Part shown: in pieces, positions 1 through 9,891 of the stretch
How positions within the stretch are numbered: the stretch's first letter is position 1
How the letters are laid out: the number at the start of each line of letters is the position of its first letter
NCBI GenBank assembly: GCA_017517865.1
Contig: JAFWYB010000032.1
Location: 6,915 to 70,914, forward strand
From: Clostridia bacterium
GTDB taxonomy: Bacteria; Bacillota; Clostridia; Oscillospirales; Acutalibacteraceae
Direction of reading: 5' to 3'
DNA: 64,000 nucleotides
Program-made: the position numbers and the translations under genes
Notes under the pieces: model-generated
What the model was told of the DNA's origin: nothing
What the model saw: only the letters and a program-made list of their open reading frames with translations
The model's database searches: none

Positions 1-13
1 GGAATTTTTGACG

Positions 14-757
14 ATGAGAATTGATATACTTACACTGTTTCCTGAAATGTGCGAGTCTGTTCTCGGCGAAAGCATTATAGGCAGAGCCAGGCAGGAAAAG
101 GCTGTTGAGATAGTCTGTACACAGATACGCGATTATTCTGCCGACAGGCACAAGCGGGTTGACGATACACCGTACGGCGGCGGAACGGGAATGATTATGC
201 AGGTTCAGCCCATATACGACTGCTACACCGACCTTTGCCAAAAGCTGGGCAAGCGCCCCCATCTTATATTTATGTCTCCTCAGGGTAAGGTGCTCACCCA
301 GCAGAGAGTCAAAGAGCTTTCTCAGATGGAAAACATAGCTATCCTCTGCGGGCATTATGAGGGCGTTGACGAAAGAGTAATTGAAGAAATAGTTGACGAA
401 GAAATTTCAATAGGCGACTATGTGCTGACGGGCGGAGAGCTCCCTGCTCTTGTGCTGGCAGACAGTATTTCACGTATGCTTCCGGGTGTGCTTGCCAACG
501 AGAGTGCTTTTTCAGAGGAAAGTCATTACAGCTCACTGCTTGAATATCCGCAGTATACCCGTCCCTATGAGTGGCAAGGAAGGGCAGTTCCGGATATACT
601 GTTATCGGGGCACCATGCCAACATTGAAAGGTGGAGAAGAGAAAAAAGTCTGGAGCGTACCTATCTGCGCCGCCCGGATATGCTTTCAAAGGCTGAGCTC
701 GGCAAGAAGGATATTGAGTTTCTCAGGGAGCTCAAAAAATCGGTCAAAGAGAAATAA
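14..757 (+). CDS. trmD: tRNA (guanine37-N1)-methyltransferase TrmD
   Basis: ORF 8..757, with ATG at 14 ([12 protein letters not shown]). TrmD motifs [11 protein letters not shown] and [13 protein letters not shown]. Length 247 aa is typical. Confidence 0.95.
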   Translation: MRIDILTLFPEMCESVLGESIIGRARQEKAVEIVCTQIRDYSADRHKRVDDTPYGGGTGMIMQVQPIYDCYTDLCQKLGKRPHLIFMSPQGKVLTQQRVKELSQMENIAILCGHYEGVDERVIEEIVDEEISIGDYVLTGGELPALVLADSISRMLPGVLANESAFSEESHYSSLLEYPQYTRPYEWQGRAVPDILLSGHHANIERWRREKSLERTYLRRPDMLSKAELGKKDIEFLRELKKSVKEK

Positions 758-922
758 ACACAGCACAGAAAAATTATTCTGCATTAACCAAAATCAATCC
801 GACGTCGGTTTTTAAGCCCACGGAGTTAAAACTACCCTTTGGTCAAAATAACCAAAATCAGCTGTTGGATTTGTGCAACATTTAGACTACCAACCAAAAT
901 GTTCAAAACTGCATTTTTTTCG

Positions 923-950
923 TTGACGAAGCAGAGTTTTGTGGTATAAT
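923..950 (+). promoter_or_regulatory. sigma-A type promoter upstream of ptsH (TTGACG-16-TATAAT)
   Basis: TTGACG at 923-928, 16-nt spacer, TATAAT at 945-950, about 48 nt upstream of the ptsH ATG. Confidence 0.5.
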
Positions 951-997
951 ATATAGGAAATTGAAACCAAAAATTTCTTTGTGTAGGAGTAATAGAT

Positions 998-1261
998 ATG
1001 TTTGTAAAAGATGTAAAAGTTCAGAATCAGGTAGGTCTTCACGCTCGTCCCGCAACCTTCTTCATCCAGAAGGCTAATGAATTCAAGTCATCGATCTGGG
1101 TTGAAAAGGAAGAAAGAAGAGTAAACGCAAAGAGCCTTCTCGGTGTTCTTTCTCTCGGCATTATGGGCGGCACAGATATCCGTATCATCGCAGGTGGCGT
1201 TGATGAGGAACAGGCTGTTGAAGAGCTTGTTAAGCTTGTTGAATCAGGCTTCACAGAATAA
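998..1261 (+). CDS. ptsH: phosphocarrier protein HPr
   Basis: 87 aa. His15 motif GLHARPAT and Ser46 motif NAKSLLGVLSLG. AGGAG RBS upstream. Confidence 0.9.
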   Translation: MFVKDVKVQNQVGLHARPATFFIQKANEFKSSIWVEKEERRVNAKSLLGVLSLGIMGGTDIRIIAGGVDEEQAVEELVKLVESGFTE

Positions 1262-1279
1262 GATCTGAATAAAAAAACA

Positions 1280-1309
1280 TCTCCGCATTTTTTGCGGAGA
1301 ATTTTTTTG
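1280..1309. terminator. rho-independent terminator (bidirectional look) after ptsH
   Basis: Stem TCTCCGC/GCGGAGA (1280-1286/1294-1300), A-run upstream and T-run downstream. A second hairpin lies at 1319-1350. Confidence 0.75.
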
Positions 1310-1389
1310 CGCCAAAGCACAGGAGAGGCGGTAATTGCCGTCTCTCCTGTTATATACAATTTCCGGGCTTATAACTGAAGCAGAGGTTT

Positions 1390-2349
1390 TCAATTAACCA
1401 CATTCACAGGTTTGCCCTCAAGATAGCCCTTAACGTTACATTTGAGCGTTTCCATAAGTCTTGAGCGTGATTCGAAGCTTGCCCATGCAAGGTGGGGAGT
1501 GATAATACACTTTTCAGCCTTAAGCAGGGGATTGTCAGCCTTTGCGGGCTCAACTGAAAGCACATCAACGCCTGCACCTGCTATAACGCCCTCTTCAAGA
1601 GCAATGCGGAGATCTTCTTCGTTGATTACGGGGCCCCTTGAGGTGTTGATAAGGTAAGCACTCTTCTTCATTTTCTTCAGAAATGCCATATCCACAAGAC
1701 CCTCTGTTTGTGCGGTGAGAGGACAGTGCAGAGAAATAACGTCGCTCTGAGTAATAACCTCGTCAAGCGATACGAAATCAACTGAGCCGTAGCCGTCGTA
1801 GCTTCTTGTGTTGGGTGAGTAGGCAATAACCTTCATTTTGAAGCCATTGGCAATCTGAGCCACTGCTGAGCCGATTTTACCGAAGCCGACAATACCCATA
1901 GTTTTACCTGCAAGCTCCGTAAGAGGAGTTTTCCAGTAGCAGAAGTGCTTGCTTTTTGTCCATTCACCCTCCTTTACGGTGGCGTTGTGAAGAGCAACGT
2001 TGTTGGTCATTTCAAGAAGAAGTGCAAAAACGAGCTGTGAAACACCGTCAGTGCTGTAAGCGGGTATATTTGAAGCGAGTATGCCTCGTTCTCTTGCATA
2101 GGCCGTATCAATCATATTATAACCGGTAGCAAGGGTTGAGATATATTTAAGCTTGGGCAGCTGACTGAGAACCTCTTTTGTAAGAAGTTTTTTGTTGGTG
2201 ATAAGAATATCGGCATCCTTTGCTCTTTCAACAACCTCACACTGCTCAGAGGCTTCGTAAATAACAACCTCGTCAACAAGCTCCTTCATCCAATCCCAAG
2301 AAAGATCACCGGGGTTTGCCTCGTATGCGTCAAGAATAACAATTTTCAT
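1390..2349 (-). CDS. D-isomer-specific 2-hydroxyacid dehydrogenase (glycerate dehydrogenase/hydroxypyruvate reductase-like)
   Basis: ORF 1390..2370. The internal ATG at 2349 (MKIVILD) is preceded by a GGGAGGAAC RBS. NAD-binding motif GIVGFGKIG. Overall 2-HADH family layout. Confidence 0.85.
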   Translation of the reverse strand: MKIVILDAYEANPGDLSWDWMKELVDEVVIYEASEQCEVVERAKDADILITNKKLLTKEVLSQLPKLKYISTLATGYNMIDTAYARERGILASNIPAYSTDGVSQLVFALLLEMTNNVALHNATVKEGEWTKSKHFCYWKTPLTELAGKTMGIVGFGKIGSAVAQIANGFKMKVIAYSPNTRSYDGYGSVDFVSLDEVITQSDVISLHCPLTAQTEGLVDMAFLKKMKKSAYLINTSRGPVINEEDLRIALEEGVIAGAGVDVLSVEPAKADNPLLKAEKCIITPHLAWASFESRSRLMETLKCNVKGYLEGKPVNVVN

Positions 2350-2504
2350 AAAGTTCCTCCCTGAAAACATTTTATGTTATTATAGCACAGTAACAGATGA
2401 ATGTCACCATTTATGCCGAAAATAAAATAAAATACAAAAATCGGTTGACGGAAATACTATTTTGAGTTAATATATATATTGGTATTATATGTAAATTTGT
2501 TTTT

Positions 2505-3248
2505 TTGGGAGTTGAAAGGGTGAAAGGCAGAAAAATCGGCAATCTTTTCAATTTTATGGCATTTTTCAGTTTTGCGCTGGCAATTGCTCTTATTGCGCTT
2601 CTGCGCTTTTTTGCTACTGAGGAATTCAGCCGTTGGTATTCACAATACAATGCAACACTCAGCGGCTATGAGCATTGGATTGAAACCTACGGCGCAACCG
2701 TAATTGCGGTCATCGTCATACTCATTAACTACCTTATAAAATCCTTCATTCCCTGGTTTCCCATTTCCTGCCTTTGTGTGGCAAGTGCGGTCATCTTCAA
2801 GTGGTACATTGCGGCGGCTATAAACGTTGCCGGTCTTGCCTTGTTTTTTGCGGTCAGGTTTTATAAAGGCAGAAAGCATGGCGGAGGAAAGGCGGAAAAG
2901 CTTCTTGAAAAATACGACAGACCCCACAGATATATAGACAGCGGCAGAACAGGCTCAAAGGCACTGCTGTTTTTTGCAAGGCTGATTCCCGGGGTACCCC
3001 TCGGTGCGGTAAGTGTCTTTTACGGCTCAACGAAAATAGACTTTAAGGAATATCTCATCGTTTCTCTTTTCGGGATATCCTACAAGCTGTTTTCATATAT
3101 TACAATCGGCAGGCACGTTTTTGACCCCGCTTCAATCAGCTTTGTCGGACCTTTTATACCCTTGCTTGTATTTGCGGGTATTGTGTTACTTTCTCTCAGC
3201 GGAGTTTTAAGTGTTGCAAACAAAGCTGTAAGAAAAGATTCAGAATAA
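2505..3248 (+). CDS. TVP38/TMEM64 (DedA-related) family membrane protein; start uncertain
   Basis: Multi-pass hydrophobic ORF with an RLIPGVPLG...YGSTKI motif typical of the TVP38/SNARE-associated family. The ORF opens with TTG; GTG 2520 or ATG 2556 are alternative starts. Confidence 0.55.
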   Translation: MGVERVKGRKIGNLFNFMAFFSFALAIALIALLRFFATEEFSRWYSQYNATLSGYEHWIETYGATVIAVIVILINYLIKSFIPWFPISCLCVASAVIFKWYIAAAINVAGLALFFAVRFYKGRKHGGGKAEKLLEKYDRPHRYIDSGRTGSKALLFFARLIPGVPLGAVSVFYGSTKIDFKEYLIVSLFGISYKLFSYITIGRHVFDPASISFVGPFIPLLVFAGIVLLSLSGVLSVANKAVRKDSE

Positions 3249-3277
3249 AAAATTATTAAACCGGAAAGGTGATTACG

Positions 3278-4564
3278 ATGATAAACTTTAATCTTATGAA
3301 GGAAAAGCTTACAAATAAGCTTCTTGATGAGGAATTCTCAGTTGTTTACAAAAAAGATGCAATTCCCGCACAGTACGGCAGATATCTTGAGGTGATGGAT
3401 GCTTTTTCAGAGCTTTTCGATAAGAACGGCGAAAGAGAGGTTGCTCTTTTCTCTGCTCCCGGCAGAAGCGAAATAGGCGGTAACCACACAGACCATAATC
3501 ACGGCCTTGTTCTTGCTGCCGGTATAAGCCTTGACGCTATTGCGGTTGCAGCGAAAAACGATGAGGGGATTATCAGAATCAAGTCGGCAGGTTACCCTAT
3601 GGACACGGTGAACTGCAACGAGCTTGAGGTAAAGGAATGCGAAATGGGCAAGAGCCAGTCAATCATCAGAGGTATTACCGCCCGTTTCAGAGAGCTCGGT
3701 TACAAGGTAGGCGGTTTTGATGCAACAACCGCATCTCAGGTGCTTTCAGGCTCAGGCCTTTCATCATCAGCTGCGTTTGAGGTGCTTGTGTGCACAATGC
3801 TCAGCCACCTTTATAACGACGGTAAGGTTGACCCTATTGAGGTTGCAAAAATTTCACAGTACAGCGAAAATGTATACTTCGGCAAGCCCTGCGGTCTTCT
3901 TGACCAGATGGCATGCTCAGTGGGCGGCTTTGTTTCCATCGATTTTGAGGATACCTCAAAGCCTGTAGTAAATAAGATAGATTTCGACTTTGCTTCATCA
4001 GGCCATTCACTTTGCATTATTGACACCAAGGGCAGCCACTCAGACCTTACAGACGATTACGCAGCAGTACGCCGCGAAATGGAAATGGTTGCCGAATATT
4101 TCGGTAAGAAGGTTTTAAGAGAGGTTGATAAGGCGGATGTGCTTACAAATGCAGGTGCAATAGCAAAGGCGGTAAGTGAAAGAGCAGTTATCAGAGCTCT
4201 TCATTACTACGGTGAAAACGAAAAGGTTCTTCTACAGGCAGACGCCCTTTCAAGAAACGATTTTGAAGCCTTCAAGCAGCTTATCATCGCCAGCGGCTTC
4301 TCATCATATATGTATAATCAGAACGTATATACACAGAAAGCCGGTGCTGCACAGCCTCTTTCACTTGCACTCTGCATAAGTGAGCAGATGCTTAAGGGCA
4401 AGGGCGCATGGCGAGTACACGGCGGCGGATTTGCAGGTACTATTCAGGCTTTTGTTCCCGACGGAATGGTGGAGGAATACACCTCAGCTATGAAGTCAAT
4501 ATTCGGTGACGATGCAGCTTACGTTCTTTCTGTAAGACCCTTCGGAGGCGTAAAAATAGCATAA
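3278..4564 (+). CDS. galK: galactokinase (GHMP kinase)
   Basis: Galactokinase signature PGRSEIGGNHTDHNHG and GHMP ATP motif GSGLSSSAAFEV. ATG 3278 lies behind a GGAAAGGTGA RBS. Confidence 0.85.
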   Translation: MINFNLMKEKLTNKLLDEEFSVVYKKDAIPAQYGRYLEVMDAFSELFDKNGEREVALFSAPGRSEIGGNHTDHNHGLVLAAGISLDAIAVAAKNDEGIIRIKSAGYPMDTVNCNELEVKECEMGKSQSIIRGITARFRELGYKVGGFDATTASQVLSGSGLSSSAAFEVLVCTMLSHLYNDGKVDPIEVAKISQYSENVYFGKPCGLLDQMACSVGGFVSIDFEDTSKPVVNKIDFDFASSGHSLCIIDTKGSHSDLTDDYAAVRREMEMVAEYFGKKVLREVDKADVLTNAGAIAKAVSERAVIRALHYYGENEKVLLQADALSRNDFEAFKQLIIASGFSSYMYNQNVYTQKAGAAQPLSLALCISEQMLKGKGAWRVHGGGFAGTIQAFVPDGMVEEYTSAMKSIFGDDAAYVLSVRPFGGVKIA

Positions 4565-4602
4565 AGGCTAAACATACTATAATGAAAAAAGGGAGTTTTG
4601 AT

Positions 4603-6114
4603 ATGAAAAAATTATCAACGAAGCTTATAGCCCTTGTTTTGAGTCTTGTAACAATACTTTCCTGTTGTGCGGTTATGATGACCTCAGTGGCTGTAAATGC
4701 AGTTAAAAAGCTTAAAATAGACTATGCAACAAGCAACGGTATCTCACTTTCCTGGACGGCTGTTGATGAAGCTGACGGCTACAGAATTTTCAGATATGTG
4801 CTTTCAGAGAAAAAGTGGAAGGCACTCAAAACAACCAAATCTCTCAGCTATGTTGATGAGAATGTTGAACCGGCAGAGGTTTATTACTATGTTGTAAGGG
4901 CTTACGAATATGTAAATGCCAAGGCAGTGTTCAGTAAGAATTCCAATACCGTAAAGGCAGTGCTTGCTCCGGGTAAGGTTACGGGTCTCACGGTATCCTC
5001 AAGAACAGAGACCTCACTTTCAATTAAATGGAATGCTCAGCCCAAGGCAACGGGTTATCTTGTTTACGTTTATAACCCGACTGCAAAAAAATATCAGCAG
5101 AAGGCATCTGTTACAGCAACAAGCTATACTCTTACGGGCCTCACTCAGGGAACAAGCTATAAAATAGCAATAAAGGCATATGTCAAGCACGGCGTTTATG
5201 TTTACGGCGATTTCTCATCTGTGCTCAATGCAACAACAAGCGGACCTATGGTGCCGACAAATCTCAAGGGAAGTGCCGACACCGCAAAAGGGCAGATAAC
5301 TCTTACCTGGAGCGGCTCGCTTCAGAATGAGGGCTACATTGTTTACTGCTACGAGTCATCAGCAGGCGGATGGGGACAGATAGGCACAACCAAAGGAACA
5401 AGCTACACTGTCAGCGGTATAAAAGAAACCTCATCTTACACCTATGCCGTAAGCGCATACATCGGTACCGGTACAGCCAAGCGGGAAAGTCTCAGGTCTG
5501 ACTCGGTAAGCGTTTATTATAAGAGCAAAACAGAGTCTGAAAACGAACAGACCCAGGAAATGGCTCAGAAGGGTATCTTTGGCTATCTTTATGATCCCAA
5601 TGAAAAATGCTTCTACACAGCTTCAGATCCATGGCAGAGAATGGTGGGCTACAATGCAATTTTTGACGTGTGTGCTCCCTTTACATTTATTGATTTTGAT
5701 ACAGTAAGACTTGACTTCCCTTATGAGGGTAAGGATTGGCGTGTTCAGCTGTGGAAGGGTCAGTACGGTCTTCTCTTCTACGGTGCGGAGGTAGGCGTTT
5801 ATACCAAGCCTCAGGACAGAAAGCTTGCCCACTACAACTGTGCCTCAGACGAAGAGATGCTTTATATGGAAATGAATTTCCTTCAGAAGAAAAACGGAAA
5901 ATGGGTTGAAAAATTCACAAGACCCTACGGTGCGTATTGGTGGTGCACGGGCTTTATTCCCGGTAATCTTTTCGGCAATTTTGACATCCTCAAGCTTGAT
6001 ATGAGAATAACTATGAAGGATTACACAATGCTTTCGGGCTTTACCTCGGCACTTGCCAAGGAAGGTATAAAGTATGAAGTAGTTGGTCTCGATGTATATT
6101 TTATGTATGAATAA
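4603..6114 (+). CDS. secreted protein with about 4 fibronectin type III-like repeats and a C-terminal DUF4474-like domain
   Basis: ATG 4603 behind a GGGAG RBS. Signal peptide MKKLSTKLIALVLSLVTILSCCAV...VNA. Repeated about 90-aa modules (SWTAVDEADGYRIF, KWNAQPKATGYLVY, TWSGSLQNEGYIVY). C-terminal WQRMVGYNAIFD...GKDWRVQLWKGQYG recalled as DUF4474. Confidence 0.6.
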   Translation: MKKLSTKLIALVLSLVTILSCCAVMMTSVAVNAVKKLKIDYATSNGISLSWTAVDEADGYRIFRYVLSEKKWKALKTTKSLSYVDENVEPAEVYYYVVRAYEYVNAKAVFSKNSNTVKAVLAPGKVTGLTVSSRTETSLSIKWNAQPKATGYLVYVYNPTAKKYQQKASVTATSYTLTGLTQGTSYKIAIKAYVKHGVYVYGDFSSVLNATTSGPMVPTNLKGSADTAKGQITLTWSGSLQNEGYIVYCYESSAGGWGQIGTTKGTSYTVSGIKETSSYTYAVSAYIGTGTAKRESLRSDSVSVYYKSKTESENEQTQEMAQKGIFGYLYDPNEKCFYTASDPWQRMVGYNAIFDVCAPFTFIDFDTVRLDFPYEGKDWRVQLWKGQYGLLFYGAEVGVYTKPQDRKLAHYNCASDEEMLYMEMNFLQKKNGKWVEKFTRPYGAYWWCTGFIPGNLFGNFDILKLDMRITMKDYTMLSGFTSALAKEGIKYEVVGLDVYFMYE

Positions 6115-6118
6115 GCTT

Positions 6119-6149
6119 TTCTGCACTGCTTATGCGGTGCAGAATTTTT
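6119..6149 (+). terminator. rho-independent terminator
   Basis: Stem TTCTGCAC/GTGCAGAA (6119-6126/6137-6144) followed by TTTTT. Confidence 0.75.
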
Positions 6150-6191
6150 ATTGAAACGTATGTTAAAAACAGCATTTTTGTTTTCTTTTAC

Positions 6192-6220
6192 TTGATTTTT
6201 ACTTAACATGCTGATATAAT
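6192..6220 (+). promoter_or_regulatory. sigma-A type promoter upstream of asnS (TTGATT-17-TATAAT)
   Basis: TTGATT 6192-6197, 17-nt spacer, TATAAT 6215-6220. Confidence 0.5.
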
Positions 6221-6261
6221 ATTAAATCAGTGTAAAATACTCTCAGCAGGAGGTTAAATAT

Positions 6262-7656
6262 ATGATCCGTACAGAAATTGCAAAGCTTTATGAAAACGCA
6301 CAGCAATATACCGAAGGCACCGTTACCGTTGCAGGCTGGATTAGAACAAACCGTGATTCAAAGGTGTTAGGCTTTATGGAGCTTAACGACGGCAGCTGCT
6401 TCAAGGGTGTGCAGGTGGTTTTTGAAAAGGAAAAGATTGATAATTTTGCCGAGGTTGCAAAATATAACGTAGGAGCCGCAGTTATCGTTGAGGGTAACCT
6501 TATTCTTACCCCTGAGGCAAAGCAGCCCTTTGAAATAAATGCAACAAAGGTTACACTTGAGGGTGCTTCTGCACCCGAGTACCCCTTGCAGAAAAAGAGA
6601 CATTCACTTGAATATCTCCGTACTATTGCTCACTTAAGACCAAGAACAAATATCTATTCCGCTTCCTTCAGGGTTCGCTCGGTTGCCGCTCAGGCAATTC
6701 ACCGCTTCTTTGAAAGCCGCGGCTTTATCTATGCACACACCCCCCTTATTTCCTGCTCAGACTGTGAGGGCGCAGGTGAGATGTTCAGAGTTACAACTCT
6801 TGATATGGAAAATCCTCCCAGAACAGAGGATGGCGCAATAGATTACAGCGAGGACTTTTTCGGCAAAAGTGCTTTTCTTACGGTTTCTGGCCAGCTCCAG
6901 GGCGAAATTATGGCTCAGGCATTCGGTAAGATTTACACCTTCGGACCCACATTCAGAGCTGAAAAAAGCTATACTCAGCGCCATGCTGCAGAGTTCTGGA
7001 TGATTGAGCCTGAAATTGCTTTTGCAGACCTTAACGACGATATGGAGCTTGCGGAAAGCATGATCAAGTTCGTTATCAACTATGTTTTAGAGCACTGCAA
7101 GCAGGATATAGAATTCCTCAATCAGTTTGTTGATAAGGGCCTTATCGAAAGGCTTAACGCAGTTGCTTCATCAGATTTCGCAAGAGTAACATATACCGAT
7201 GCTGTTAAGATTCTTGAAGATAATAACGATAAGTTTGAATTCAAGGCATATTGGGGCTGTGATCTTCAGACGGAGCATGAGCGCTTCCTTACTGAGCAGA
7301 TTTTCAAAAAGCCCGTTTTTGTTACAGATTATCCCAAGGAAATTAAGGCATTCTATATGCGCCTCAACGACGACGGAAAGACTGTTGCAGCCTGTGACCT
7401 TCTTGTTATGGGTATCGGCGAAATCGTCGGCGGCAGTCAGAGAGAAGAAAGATATGATGTGCTTCTTGAAAGAATCAAGGAGCTCGGCCTGAGCGAAGAG
7501 GATTATTGGTGGTATCTCGACCTTCGTAAGTACGGCGGCACAAAGCATGCAGGCTTCGGTCTGGGCTTTGAAAGACTCGTTATGTATCTTACCGGTATTT
7601 CAAACATCAGAGACGTGCTTCCCTTCCCCAGAACAACAGGCTCTGCAGATTTCTAA
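6262..7656 (+). CDS. asnS: asparagine--tRNA ligase
   Basis: 464 aa. N-terminal OB anticodon-binding domain. Class II motifs [21 protein letters not shown] and [18 protein letters not shown]. Confidence 0.95.
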   Translation: MIRTEIAKLYENAQQYTEGTVTVAGWIRTNRDSKVLGFMELNDGSCFKGVQVVFEKEKIDNFAEVAKYNVGAAVIVEGNLILTPEAKQPFEINATKVTLEGASAPEYPLQKKRHSLEYLRTIAHLRPRTNIYSASFRVRSVAAQAIHRFFESRGFIYAHTPLISCSDCEGAGEMFRVTTLDMENPPRTEDGAIDYSEDFFGKSAFLTVSGQLQGEIMAQAFGKIYTFGPTFRAEKSYTQRHAAEFWMIEPEIAFADLNDDMELAESMIKFVINYVLEHCKQDIEFLNQFVDKGLIERLNAVASSDFARVTYTDAVKILEDNNDKFEFKAYWGCDLQTEHERFLTEQIFKKPVFVTDYPKEIKAFYMRLNDDGKTVAACDLLVMGIGEIVGGSQREERYDVLLERIKELGLSEEDYWWYLDLRKYGGTKHAGFGLGFERLVMYLTGISNIRDVLPFPRTTGSADF

Positions 7657-7705
7657 AATTCAGTAAAACCCACGGATTTGTCCGTTTATGATAAGGAGAT
7701 TAACA

Positions 7706-8992
7706 ATGTCAGCACTTAAAGACTACTCAAAAGAAAAGCTCCTCTTTTTAAAAGAAGAACTTGAAAGCCAATATAACGATTATAAGGCTCAGGGCCTCAA
7801 GCTTGATATGTCAAGAGGTAAGCCCGGCTCAGATCAGCTTGCGGTTTCCAACGGTCTTCTTGATGCAATTACCTCAAAGGACTGGGAGGACGATGCAAGC
7901 AACCACAGCCTTGAATACAGAAACTACGGTTTGCTTACAGGTATAATAGAGTGTAAAGAGATTTTTGCAAAGCTTCTCAAGGTGCCCGTAAACAACGTTA
8001 TTGTTTGCGGTAACTCAAGCCTTAATATGATGTTTGACTATATCACACAGTGTATGCTTACCGGCTCAGGCGGAAAGCCCTGGAAGGATCAGCAGGATAT
8101 AAAGTTCCTTTGCCCCTCACCCGGATATGACAGACATTTCGCAATCTGCGAATATTACGGCATCAAGCTTATTCCCGTTGATATGACAGCAACGGGACCC
8201 GATATGGATGCTGTTGAAGAGCTTGTAAAGGATCCTACGGTCAAGGGTATGTTCTGTGTTCCCAAATATTCAAACCCCACAGGTATCACATACACTCCCG
8301 AGGTTGTAGACAGAATTGCGGCTATGACCCCTGCTGCAGACGATTTCAGAATCATCTGGGATAATGCTTATATTATCCACGACCTTGAAGAGCATGGCGA
8401 TAAGCTTGACAATATCTTCGACGTGCTCAAGAAGTACGGTCACGAGGATATGGTAATTGAGTTCACCTCAACCTCAAAGATAAGCTTCCCCGGTGCAGGC
8501 GTAGCTGTTCTTGCCGCTTCTGATAAAAACATTGAAATGATAAAAAGCCGTATGTCAATTCAGACAATCGGATACGATAAGCTCAATCAGTTCAGACACG
8601 TTAAGTTCTATAAGGATGTTGCAGGCATCAAAAATCATATGAAGCTTCACAGAAATATCCTTGCTCCCAAGTTCAAGGCAGTAATCAATGAGTTTGAAAA
8701 CAGCCTCGGTAAGTACGCTATTGCAACCTGGACAAAGCCCAAGGGCGGATATTTTATCTCTCTTGACGTTATGGAGGGCACGGCAAAGCGTGTATATCAG
8801 CTTTGCAAGGACGGCGGCGTAACTCTTACAACCGTCGGTGCAACCTTCCCTTACGGTTACGACCCCAAGGATCAGAATATAAGAATTGCTCCCTCATATC
8901 CTCCCGTTGACGAGCTTATGACAGCAACAAAGCTTCTTTGCATCTGTGTAAAGCTTGCGGCAATTGAGAAGCTTCTTGCTGAAATGGAATAA
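7706..8992 (+). CDS. PLP-dependent aminotransferase, class I/II fold (aspartate aminotransferase-like)
   Basis: ATG 7706 behind an AAGGAG RBS. N-terminal LDMSRGKPG motif and candidate PLP-lysine context TSTSKISFPGAG. Confidence 0.75.
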   Translation: MSALKDYSKEKLLFLKEELESQYNDYKAQGLKLDMSRGKPGSDQLAVSNGLLDAITSKDWEDDASNHSLEYRNYGLLTGIIECKEIFAKLLKVPVNNVIVCGNSSLNMMFDYITQCMLTGSGGKPWKDQQDIKFLCPSPGYDRHFAICEYYGIKLIPVDMTATGPDMDAVEELVKDPTVKGMFCVPKYSNPTGITYTPEVVDRIAAMTPAADDFRIIWDNAYIIHDLEEHGDKLDNIFDVLKKYGHEDMVIEFTSTSKISFPGAGVAVLAASDKNIEMIKSRMSIQTIGYDKLNQFRHVKFYKDVAGIKNHMKLHRNILAPKFKAVINEFENSLGKYAIATWTKPKGGYFISLDVMEGTAKRVYQLCKDGGVTLTTVGATFPYGYDPKDQNIRIAPSYPPVDELMTATKLLCICVKLAAIEKLLAEME

Positions 8993-8999
8993 AAAAACT

Positions 9000-9028
9000 A
9001 AGGCACACTCTTTTGAGTGTGCCTTTTG
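9000..9028. terminator. bidirectional rho-independent terminator between convergent genes
   Basis: Stem AAGGCACACTC/GAGTGTGCCTT with TTTT loop, A-run upstream and T-rich downstream. Confidence 0.8.
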
Positions 9029-9036
9029 AGTTGTGT

Positions 9037-9828
9037 TTATTTAAGTATAAGCCCCAGAATTTCAACCTGCATTTTATCGGGCAGAGCGTTGAGAAGTAAA
9101 AGCAGGGGATTGCGGTTGATGTTGTAAAGATATTTCGGGTGCTTGCTTTCAAGGGCGTCCATAACCAGGTCTGCAATTCTTTCTGCGGGGATATTTCTTG
9201 CCTGAACGCTTTCGACGATCTTGTTGAATTTTTTTGCGTTGCAGGAGTAAAGCTTTGTGTTTTCAACAAAGCGCTTGATAGCCACGTTTGATGCACCTAT
9301 AAGATTTGTTTTTACCGCACCGGGTCTTATAATGCTTACGGGTATACCGAGAAGGTTTGTTTCCATACGCAGTGAGAAAGCGTACTTTTCAAGCACAGAC
9401 TTTGTTATGCCGTAAATACCGTTAAAGGGGAGCGGGTCAAGGGGAGCGAGCTCACTTGAGGTTATGATAATACGGCTGCCCTTCTGAAGCATAGGTGCAA
9501 AAATCTTATTCACACGGAAAACACCGAAGAAGTTGATATCGAAGATACGCACAAATCTTTCCTCGCTCATTTCGATAAGAGAATCCATATCGTAAATACC
9601 GGCTGTATGCACGATAGCATCAAGCACGGGAACGGTTTCTCTTATTTTTTCCATAACTGCACAGACGGACTCTGTATCGGTAACGTCGCAGTTGAAAAAG
9701 TTGAGCCCGTCAATCTTTTCGCCTTCCTTGTAATCTATGCCGAAAACTCGGTAGCCCTTTTTGAGCAGGCTTTTGCTGATTGCACTGCCCATGCCGCCTG
9801 TAGCACCCGTAACGAGTATATTTTTCAT
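9037..9828 (-). CDS. SDR family oxidoreductase
   Basis: 263 aa. Rossmann motif TGATGGMGSA and catalytic YxxxK (YGITK). AAGGAG RBS. Confidence 0.85.
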   Translation of the reverse strand: MKNILVTGATGGMGSAISKSLLKKGYRVFGIDYKEGEKIDGLNFFNCDVTDTESVCAVMEKIRETVPVLDAIVHTAGIYDMDSLIEMSEERFVRIFDINFFGVFRVNKIFAPMLQKGSRIIITSSELAPLDPLPFNGIYGITKSVLEKYAFSLRMETNLLGIPVSIIRPGAVKTNLIGASNVAIKRFVENTKLYSCNAKKFNKIVESVQARNIPAERIADLVMDALESKHPKYLYNINRNPLLLLLNALPDKMQVEILGLILK

Positions 9829-9891
9829 AGGCTATTCTCCTTTAAGGTTTATTTTGAAATTATTATACCATTGAGCATTTATACTGTCAAT

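Noticed and set aside
339-689. Antisense or out-of-frame ORFs in the track that lie inside well-supported genes. Examples: 339-689(-), 14762-15259(-), 38021-38464(-), 55268-55813(-), 56491-56976(-), 58050-58574(-), 60558-61061(+), 61878-62579(-), 18547-19026(+), 23591-24091(+).
   Set aside because: Each is fully embedded in a gene with clear family motifs on the other strand or frame. They have no RBS or recognisable motifs and have low-complexity or odd composition. I treat them as shadow ORFs.
799-813. Palindrome CCGACGTCGG plus TTTTT after trmD, considered as a terminator.
   Set aside because: A perfect 10-nt palindrome leaves no loop and only about 3-4 usable base pairs. It is too weak to call.
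758-997. Absence of rplS directly downstream of trmD, since the rpsP-rimM-trmD-rplS order is common.
   Set aside because: No ORF resembling L19 exists in the spacer. This is probably a lineage-specific rearrangement and cannot be judged from one window, so I do not consider it notable without genome context.
6150-6261. Possible T-box leaders upstream of asnS (6150-6261) and metG (56061-56191).
   Set aside because: The spacers are only about 110-130 nt and lack the GGTGGTACC T-box sequence and AGAGA/Stem I elements. Only plain promoters and an upstream terminator are visible.
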